A stretch of DNA of 25,259 bases. Source: a bacterium. GTDB lineage: Bacteria; Bacillota; Clostridia; Christensenellales; Aristaeellaceae. The translations under genes and the position numbers were made by a program. How positions within the stretch are numbered: position 1 is the stretch's first letter; each line of letters begins with the position of its first letter. The DNA is taken from NCBI GenBank assembly GCA_963624325.1, contig CAVFPH010000025.1, positions 1 through 25,259 on the forward strand, written 5' to 3'. The notes under the pieces were generated by a model. It did no database searches. It was not told where the DNA came from and saw nothing but the letters and a program-made list of their open reading frames with translations. This document shows, in pieces, positions 17,310 through 23,638 of this stretch.

Positions 17310-18050
17310 ATGGAAAACAAAAATGTATTGATTTCTGTGTCCTATGGCGCGCTGGATCATGCAACCTTGGACGCGGATGTGGGCAAAATTGAAAAAGCGA
17401 TGCTGCGGGCTTTGCCAAACTGGCAGCTTCGCCGTGCTTTTACCTCTGCGCGCGTGAGGTCACTTTTAATTAAGCGTGGCGAGAAAATTCCGGCGCCCGC
17501 TGAGGCTGTCGCACAGGCACGTGCGGAGGGCGCAGAGCGTATTGCACTGGCGACGCTGCTGATATCGCCTGGTGAGGAATATGAGGGTCTGCTGGCTGCT
17601 GCGGATGGTCTGCCTGTCGTTTCTCCGCTTCTAACCGAAGAGGAGGATCTGAACGCGCTTTCCGTCTATTACGGGGATGTGCAGCGTGCTTGCGGTACAC
17701 CGCTGCTGCTGATGGGGCATGGCCATCCGACCAACGGAAACCCCGCCTATGAGCGGCTGCGCCGGCGTCTTCCCGATCACGTCTACTTAGCCTGCTTATC
17801 CGGAACAGATAATTTGACAACGCTGATGCCAAAGCTGCTTACTCAGCCCGAGCGCCGCATTACGCTGGAGCCGCTGCTGATGTCGGTGGGCAGCCATACC
17901 CTGCGCGATATGGCGGGGAAGGAGATGGACAGTTGGAAGTCGCAGCTGGAAAAAGCTGCCTTTACGGTGGACTGCCACCTGACCGGCATGGGACGGCTGG
18001 AGATTGTCCAGCGCATCTACGCACGCAAGATTCGTAGCCTGATCGGGTAA
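17310..18050 (+). CDS. cbiK: CbiK-family class II chelatase homologue (sirohydrochlorin cobaltochelatase-like), cytoplasmic
   Basis: Collinear with CbiK as I remember it. VLISVSYG aligns with VVSFGTSY, RAFTS is identical, SPGEEYE aligns with NGDEYE, LLLMGHGH carries the first metal-binding His, and LLMSVGSHTLRDMAG...DSWK carries the second. No signal peptide. Confidence 0.7.
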   Translation: MENKNVLISVSYGALDHATLDADVGKIEKAMLRALPNWQLRRAFTSARVRSLLIKRGEKIPAPAEAVAQARAEGAERIALATLLISPGEEYEGLLAAADGLPVVSPLLTEEEDLNALSVYYGDVQRACGTPLLLMGHGHPTNGNPAYERLRRRLPDHVYLACLSGTDNLTTLMPKLLTQPERRITLEPLLMSVGSHTLRDMAGKEMDSWKSQLEKAAFTVDCHLTGMGRLEIVQRIYARKIRSLIG

Positions 18051-18066
18051 AATCAAGGCAGAAAAC

Positions 18067-18098
18067 AGCCCCATCCTTTCATTTGAAGGGGTGGGGCT
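18067..18098. terminator. Shared convergent terminator hairpin (chelatase operon / cyclophilin gene)
   Basis: AGCCCCATCC, a 12-nt loop, then GGGTGGGGCT: a 10-bp stem. The minus strand continues GTTTTCTG and the plus strand TTGCTG. Confidence 0.55.
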
Positions 18099-18128
18099 TT
18101 GCTGCGCGTCAAGGTACATAAAAGGCGA

Positions 18129-18812
18129 TTAATGCGGCTGATCGATCATGCGGATGCTGGTAATCACCGGCTGGTTTTCTTTTTTCACAGTTCCGTTGCT
18201 GTCGGTTACGGGCGTATTTTCACATATCGCATCCACAACTTCCATGCCGCTTATTACCTTGCCGAAGGCTGCATATTGACCATCCAGCGAAGTTGCATCC
18301 TCATGCATGATGAAAAACTGGCTGCTGGCGCTGTTGTAAGCGCTCGAACGCGCCATGGAAAGCACACCGCGGGTATGCTTCAATGCGTTTTCTACACCAT
18401 TTGCAGAAAATTCGCCCTTGATTTTTTCGTCGGAGCCGCCGGTACCGTTGCCGAGCGGATCACCGCCCTGAATCATAAAGCCCGATATGATGCGGTGGAA
18501 GGTCAGTCCATCATAGAATCCCTGGTTGACGAGCTTGACAAAATTGGTGACGGTAATGGGAGCGATATCTGCATAGAGCTCAGCCGTAATGGTACCGTAA
18601 TCTTTTACATCGATTTGTACATAATAGGTGCCGCTCAAAAGGCCGCTGTCGCTTTTTTCTGCTGTATTTTCATTTCCATTGTTAAGCAATATTACACCCG
18701 TAATTATCAATGCAGCTACCAGCACGGCAATAATTGCGAGCAGCACCCAGTTTGTCTTTTTTACAGGCTGCTTTGCATAGGGGTTGACTTTCTTTTGCTT
18801 TGCTTTTCCCAT
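18129..18812 (-). CDS. Cyclophilin-type peptidyl-prolyl cis-trans isomerase with an N-terminal membrane anchor
   Basis: [24 protein letters not shown].....NSASSQFFI and FGKV..GMEVVD are cyclophilin signatures. The TM helix [22 protein letters not shown] follows a lysine-rich N-terminus. Start at the ATG at 18812 (MGKAKQ), with AAGGAGGA upstream. Confidence 0.9.
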   Translation of the reverse strand: MGKAKQKKVNPYAKQPVKKTNWVLLAIIAVLVAALIITGVILLNNGNENTAEKSDSGLLSGTYYVQIDVKDYGTITAELYADIAPITVTNFVKLVNQGFYDGLTFHRIISGFMIQGGDPLGNGTGGSDEKIKGEFSANGVENALKHTRGVLSMARSSAYNSASSQFFIMHEDATSLDGQYAAFGKVISGMEVVDAICENTPVTDSNGTVKKENQPVITSIRMIDQPH

Positions 18813-18821
18813 AGTTCCTCC

Positions 18822-18851
18822 TTGACAATGTGCCGAAAAAGCACGTATAAT
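18822..18851 (+). promoter_or_regulatory. Promoter of the lipid-kinase/NUDIX operon
   Basis: TTGACA, an 18-nt spacer, then TATAAT (both consensus). The -35 overlaps the RBS of the divergent cyclophilin gene. Confidence 0.55.
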
Positions 18852-18888
18852 GTGGTGTATGCACTTCATGCGGTGCGGCACCACTTCT

Positions 18889-18917
18889 ATTGTACCCGAT
18901 GCCGCCATACAAATCAA
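18889..18917 (-). promoter_or_regulatory. Promoter of the cyclophilin gene
   Basis: The minus strand reads TTGATT (18917-18912), a 17-nt spacer, then TACAAT (18894-18889). Confidence 0.5.
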
Positions 18918-18949
18918 CCGTTTTTTATGCGGCAGAGGGAGGTCGCTTT

Positions 18950-19897
18950 ATGCGGCATATCTTCATCGTCAATCCTCATTCCGGTCCTCAGAATGCGACC
19001 GAGTCGATTCAAAAAGCACTTGCAGATTTGCAAACTCCAGAGCCTTATGAGGTATATGTTACCACCGCACCGGGTGACGCTACAAAATATGTCCGTGAAC
19101 AGTGCCTGAAAGACAGCAATCCGCTGCGCTTTTACGCCTGCGGCGGCGATGGCACGCTGAATGAAGTTGTCAATGGTGCTTTCGGCTTTGAACATGCTGC
19201 TGTCGGCTGCTATCCGTGCGGAAGCGGCAATGATTTTGTCAAGTTTTTCGGTGGACGCCGGCGTTTCACCGATTTAGGCGCGCTGATGCGCGGAGAAGAC
19301 CATCCTGTGGATTTGATTCGCGTAAATGATCGCTATGCCATAAACGTGGTGAACATGGGCTTTGATGCCAAAACGGCTGCGCGGATGATCAAATTCAGGC
19401 ATGTGCCGATTCTGCATGGTCATCGCGCTTACTATGGTGCGATTGTTCTAACGCTGATTGATGGTGTCCGGCATCGCTGCTCGATTACTGTAGATGGCGA
19501 AAAGATGATTGGCGGCAACATTTTGCTTTGCACGTTGGCGAATGGTGATTATGTAGGCGGCTCGTTCCGCTGCGCCCCGCGGGCTGATGTATCGGATGGC
19601 GAAATTGAAGTATGCGTGGTAACGCCCATTTCACGCTTCCGCTTTGCCAAGCTGATCGGTTGCTATCAGCGGGGGGAACACTTGGATAATCCGGAGTTGA
19701 AGGACTGCATCCATTATCGCCGCGGGAAAAAGGTTACGATTGACGCCAATCCGAACTTTTTGATGTGCTTGGATGGCGAAATTACCAGCGGACCACATTA
19801 CGAAATTGAAAACATTCCCGCTGGTATCCGCTTTATCGTGCCTGCCGGGGCGGAACACCATCCTGATGGAATCAATGCAACGGGCAAAGAACCATGA
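18950..19897 (+). CDS. Diacylglycerol-kinase-family lipid kinase (YegS/BmrU/DagK type)
   Basis: IFIVNP.SG, the catalytic-domain motif ACGGDGTLNEVVNG, and GSGNDF. Start at the ATG at 18950, after GAGGGAGG. Confidence 0.85.
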   Translation: MRHIFIVNPHSGPQNATESIQKALADLQTPEPYEVYVTTAPGDATKYVREQCLKDSNPLRFYACGGDGTLNEVVNGAFGFEHAAVGCYPCGSGNDFVKFFGGRRRFTDLGALMRGEDHPVDLIRVNDRYAINVVNMGFDAKTAARMIKFRHVPILHGHRAYYGAIVLTLIDGVRHRCSITVDGEKMIGGNILLCTLANGDYVGGSFRCAPRADVSDGEIEVCVVTPISRFRFAKLIGCYQRGEHLDNPELKDCIHYRRGKKVTIDANPNFLMCLDGEITSGPHYEIENIPAGIRFIVPAGAEHHPDGINATGKEP

Positions 19898-20301
19898 ACA
19901 CAAAACGCGTGATTTGTGCTGCGATTTTCCGCGGAGGAAAAGTTTTGCTTGCGCGACGTGCTGCGGGGCAAAAGCATGCCGGATATTGGGAATTTCCGGG
20001 CGGCAAGGTTGAAATGGGTGAAACAGACGAAGCGTGCCTGGAACGCGAAATGCAGGAGGAGTTCGGGATTTTCGGCCGCACAGGTGCACACATCAGTGAC
20101 AGCATATGTACTTACCCGGAACTTGACTTGAAGATTGCGCTTTGCGCTTATGTTTTTGACTGGCAGGATGGAGAAATGCAGCTGCGCGTGCATGATCAAA
20201 TCCTTTGGGCGGATCGAAAGACACTTGAGTGCGCAAAACTGACATCGGCGGATGCACAAATTGCAGAACAAGTTGGGTGGATGCTGCAAAATCTACCGTA
20301 A
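19894..20301 (+). CDS. mutT: NUDIX hydrolase, MutT-like (8-oxo-dGTP / (d)NTP pyrophosphohydrolase)
   Basis: The Nudix box is GYWEFPGGKVEMGETDEACLEREMQEEFGI. Length and layout match MutT. ATGA overlap with the kinase gene. Confidence 0.8.
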   Translation: MNTKRVICAAIFRGGKVLLARRAAGQKHAGYWEFPGGKVEMGETDEACLEREMQEEFGIFGRTGAHISDSICTYPELDLKIALCAYVFDWQDGEMQLRVHDQILWADRKTLECAKLTSADAQIAEQVGWMLQNLP

Positions 20302-20318
20302 TGCACGGAAACTAAATG

Positions 20319-20356
20319 AAAAAAGTCGGGGTGAGAGTCTGCTCATCCCGCTTTTT
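20319..20356. terminator. Bidirectional intrinsic terminator between convergent genes
   Basis: CGGGGTGAG-AGTCTG-CTCATCCCG, flanked by AAAAAA (5') and CTTTTT (3'). A U-tract is therefore available on both strands. Confidence 0.65.
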
Positions 20357-20366
20357 GCGTCCTTTT

Positions 20367-20897
20367 TTACTCTGCACGCGCCGGATAATCCGCAATTGCA
20401 TCCCAGCCGAGGGCGGAAAGCTGCGCAGGGAGGGATAGTGCAATCGTACCGTCATAATGGACTGTAATGTGTTCATCTGCTACCGGCATTGAAAGATCCT
20501 CAGGAATATGTATGATGCGTTCTTGCTGAGTGCTGTCATCGACCAGCGTGATTTCGTGTCCGTTTACGGCCGTTACAATCCCGCTTACATCGGCACCATA
20601 TATGCGCTTGGCAAATAGCTGTGGCGGATTGGAGCGGGTCATTTTGCCGTCATAATCGATTACCACATACTGCCCAGCGTGAAGAGAAGTAGCCAAGTCA
20701 AAGATAGTACTTTTGTCTGTATTGACCTGAATTGTTTGCTGATCCTGATTTAACAGCAGAAAACTTTCCTCGGACGTTATTTCCAATACGCAGCCATGCT
20801 GAACCTGTATGTTGGTGCTGCTGATGGCATTCGGGACAGAAGCTCCGAATATTACTGCAAGAAAAGCCAAGAAAATAGACAAAATCTTTGAAATCAC
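20367..20897 (-). CDS. Secreted/anchored protein with two DUF3221-like beta domains
   Basis: GTG start with GGAGG 7 nt upstream. N-terminal hydrophobic signal ISKILSIFLAFLAVIFGA. Two internal repeats end in ...GQYVVIDYDGKMTRSNPPQLFAKRIY and ...HITVHYDGTIALSLPAQLSALGWD, resembling the ..G.I.ESYPAQ..A motif of DUF3221 proteins. Confidence 0.55.
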   Translation of the reverse strand: MISKILSIFLAFLAVIFGASVPNAISSTNIQVQHGCVLEITSEESFLLLNQDQQTIQVNTDKSTIFDLATSLHAGQYVVIDYDGKMTRSNPPQLFAKRIYGADVSGIVTAVNGHEITLVDDSTQQERIIHIPEDLSMPVADEHITVHYDGTIALSLPAQLSALGWDAIADYPARAE

Positions 20898-20944
20898 GGC
20901 GAAACCTCCGACAAATATGCTGCGGTCAGCTTTCTGACCTGCAC

Positions 20945-23113
20945 TTATTGGACGGATGACTTATAAGAAAGTTCCGTATTCTGCGTACCTTTCTTTACAA
21001 TCAGACGGTCCAGCCAGATTAAAAGCTGCGGAAGCAGGAACAGAATCAGCAGGACAGATACCACTGCGCCTCTGGCCAGCATGGTTCCGATAGAGGAAAT
21101 ATAGAAAACCGTGCTGATAATTCCGACGGCAAAACCGGCCGTAATCAGCGCAAGACCGGACGTCAAAATGGTCTGTAAGGACATCTCCATAGCTTTGGCA
21201 ATTGCTTCCCGCGGGGATAGCGTGCGGCGGCATTCAAGATAATGACTGGTAAGCAGGATACCGTAATCAATGGTTGCTCCCATCTGCAGCGCCACGCAAA
21301 TCAGGTAGCACATAAAGAATACCGAACCATCTACCAAACCGGAGAAAGCCATGTTGATGTACACGGCACCTTGAATCAGACAGACAAGCATGGCCGGAAT
21401 GACCAGCGAGTGGAAAGAAATCATGACAATCAGGAAAACCAGCGCGATTGTAATTAAGCTGACACGGGCCATATCACCGGAAAAAGATGTGGCAATATCA
21501 TCCATGGCAACAAGCATGCCGGAGAGCGCACCATCATCCCCATAATATTTGGACAAGATGCTTTCGATCTGCTGTACGGCCTCATGTGCATAGGGGCTTG
21601 AAAAAGCGATGTTCAGCGACAGCAGCGCGCGGGCATAATGCTCTCCGTTAAAGGTGGAATTTGCCGTATCAAGAAGCGTCTTCGCCTGATTGAGCTGCTC
21701 CATGGCAGATTGCGGAATCAAAAATGAAAGCCGTTTTGCAGTGGCGGACAAACGCTCAATCAGCTCGTCGGCACGTATGCTGCCGTCTATTCCCAGCATA
21801 TCAAAAACAAGCTGTACCTGCTGCTCGGAGTATCCAAGCAATTCAGCAGCCTTGCTTGCATCATAATACTCCAATGCCTGCGATCCGGTAGTAACCATTG
21901 CCTGCGCACTGTTCACAATGGGATTTCCGTCGAATGCAATTGCCGCCATTTCGGCAAGCATATCACGCTGCCGTTGATATCCCTCATCAGTAGTATCGGT
22001 GGGAAAGAGGAGGACAATCTGGTTGTTTTGACCGAACAGATCGGAAATCAGCTGAGAATCGGCATCCATATCACGTACAGTGTAGGTATAGGTATTTTCA
22101 AACTGTAAAACAGTACCGGCAACGATGAAGACGATCAGCAAAATCGGCACAAATCCGCGGGCTCCTCGGGCAATGAACTTTCCGCTGATGTGAAGCGGCT
22201 TGTGGGCCGTTTTGTCAATGAGCGGAGAGCAGGTAACCAAGACGCCCGGCATCAGCAAAAACACGGTCAGCATGCTCAGCACGATTCCTTTGGCAAGCAC
22301 AATACCGATATCAAAGCCAATCGTAAAGCTCATAAATACCAACGCCAGCATGCCGGCCACCGTGGTGAGCGCACTGGAAGCAATGGGCATAAAGGAATCG
22401 GCCAATGCTTGCGTCATAGCTTGAACAGGTGGGATTCCCTGCCGGTGAAGCCGCTCAAACGCATTAATCAGCATGATGGAATAATCCATAGCAAGTGCCA
22501 GCTGCAAAATTGCGGCAACCGCAAAGGTGACAAAAGAGATGCTGGGGAAGATCCAGTTTGTGCCCATATTGAGCAGGATGGATACGGCAATAATCAAGAA
22601 GAAAATAAAGGGCTCCAGCCAGGAACGCGACATGGCAAGCAGCACAATAAGGACAATCGCACAGGAAACAGCCATGACGATGGGCATCTCATCGCCGATG
22701 CTTTTTCGCAGCAGCCGATCATCCTTTGGCCCGCCGCTGATCAAGTGCGGCGTATCCTTCAGTTTTTCTTCAAGTGCGTCGTACACCGAATCGGAGGCTT
22801 CTTCATTGGCAATTACCCGAATCAGCAGATACATATCACCATTGTATTCCTTTGTGCCGCTTTCGGAATCGTGGCTCGCAAGCATCACACCATCCAATTC
22901 GGAAATCCAAGCAACAGCTTGCGCGGCATCCTCGTCGCTGCCGTTCTTTAAAGCGACGGAAATGCCGGTCACACCTGAAAATTCGCTGTTCATGATGGCA
23001 AGCCCGCGCATTGCGGCGGTGTCATCGTCTAAGTAGGAAATCAAATCATAGTTTACCTTTACGGAACTGATGGTTGTCCCGCATGCAACGGCTAAAATCA
23101 GCATGATGATCAT
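20945..23113 (-). CDS. MMPL / RND-superfamily membrane transporter
   Basis: 722 aa with two blocks of about 5-6 TM helices, each preceded by a large extracytoplasmic domain. The N-terminal ...VKVNYDLISYLDDDT motif is typical of Firmicute MMPL proteins. The 5' end is uncertain: the SD-linked ATG is at 23148 in another frame (see finding). Confidence 0.85.
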   Translation of the reverse strand: MIIMLILAVACGTTISSVKVNYDLISYLDDDTAAMRGLAIMNSEFSGVTGISVALKNGSDEDAAQAVAWISELDGVMLASHDSESGTKEYNGDMYLLIRVIANEEASDSVYDALEEKLKDTPHLISGGPKDDRLLRKSIGDEMPIVMAVSCAIVLIVLLAMSRSWLEPFIFFLIIAVSILLNMGTNWIFPSISFVTFAVAAILQLALAMDYSIMLINAFERLHRQGIPPVQAMTQALADSFMPIASSALTTVAGMLALVFMSFTIGFDIGIVLAKGIVLSMLTVFLLMPGVLVTCSPLIDKTAHKPLHISGKFIARGARGFVPILLIVFIVAGTVLQFENTYTYTVRDMDADSQLISDLFGQNNQIVLLFPTDTTDEGYQRQRDMLAEMAAIAFDGNPIVNSAQAMVTTGSQALEYYDASKAAELLGYSEQQVQLVFDMLGIDGSIRADELIERLSATAKRLSFLIPQSAMEQLNQAKTLLDTANSTFNGEHYARALLSLNIAFSSPYAHEAVQQIESILSKYYGDDGALSGMLVAMDDIATSFSGDMARVSLITIALVFLIVMISFHSLVIPAMLVCLIQGAVYINMAFSGLVDGSVFFMCYLICVALQMGATIDYGILLTSHYLECRRTLSPREAIAKAMEMSLQTILTSGLALITAGFAVGIISTVFYISSIGTMLARGAVVSVLLILFLLPQLLIWLDRLIVKKGTQNTELSYKSSVQ

Positions 23114-23184
23114 CAGTGTGCTGCGAACGCGGCAATTTTTTGCCTCATTGTCAGGGCCTCCTTTGCAGTCAAAAAATGCAACTC

Positions 23185-23193
23185 ATTGTAACA
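23185..23193 (-). promoter_or_regulatory. Extended -10 element (TGTTACAAT) of the MMPL operon promoter; no good -35
   Basis: The minus strand reads TGTTACAAT about 35 nt upstream of the AAAGGAGG RBS. The hexamer at the -35 position is TTCATT. Confidence 0.4.
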
Positions 23194-23239
23194 TAAAGAC
23201 AAACAAAAATGAAGTCTTAATTATTTCCGACAATAATCG

Positions 23240-23270
23240 AACGCGGTATCTTTTTAATAAAACACGGTAT
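23240..23270. repeat. Direct repeat AACGCGGTAT / AACACGGTAT spaced 21 bp
   Basis: The copies lie at 23240-23249 and 23261-23270, with 9 of 10 positions identical and start-to-start spacing of 21 bp (two helical turns). They lie upstream of the MMPL promoter in the divergent intergenic region. Confidence 0.35.
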
Positions 23271-23499
23271 GGAATGTTGCCTTTCAGTCGAGAGCTCGCG
23301 CATCGAATTTCACACTGCATATCAATCCGCTTCCCAATGGACAGCCATCGCTTTCTGAACAGAACAAAAGATACGCCGAATTGTTACTTTTTTCTTATAA
23401 AAAATAAACATTCCATTTGCAATTATCAAAAATGGCCAAATTGCGAACATGCAAAAGCCAAAATAAGCCAACATTCATTCCGCTTTCACGGCGTATTCG

Positions 23500-23528
23500 T
23501 TGCCATTTTCCTTCGTTTATGTTAAAAT
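23500..23528 (+). promoter_or_regulatory. Promoter of the SARP-type regulator gene
   Basis: TTGCCA, a 17-nt spacer ending in TGT, then TAAAAT. The leader is about 100 nt. Confidence 0.5.
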
Positions 23529-23638
23529 GTAACTGTTTTCCACAAACATTTTTTTGCGTGCGCCGAGAAGCACGAAAATCCTGATCGGCACGCGCAAACA
23601 CGAAAAATGCTGAGAATGAAAACGGAGGTGCTGCATCG

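Noticed and set aside
18099-19109. 336-aa plus-strand ORF spanning the cyclophilin gene and the kinase 5' region
   Set aside because: It is antisense to the cyclophilin gene, crosses two promoters and is out of frame with the kinase gene. It has no motifs and no RBS.
22190-22951. 253-aa plus-strand ORF inside the MMPL gene, and similarly 23876..24676 (266 aa, minus strand) inside the regulator gene
   Set aside because: Both are antisense shadow ORFs with biased composition rich in His, Arg, Gln and Gly. The opposite strand carries well-supported genes.
23288-23306. TCGA-containing repeats (TCGAGAG…TCGAATT) as classical Streptomyces-type SARP heptamers
   Set aside because: The spacing is 15 bp rather than about 11 or 22 bp. 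There are only two loose copies, and they are not positioned next to any -10 element.
23535-23638. c-di-GMP (GEMM) riboswitch in front of the GGDEF-like regulator
   Set aside because: There is only a single imperfect hairpin. The two-helix GEMM-I architecture with a GNRA tetraloop and receptor, and its conserved ACGCACAGGGCAAACC-type core, are not present.
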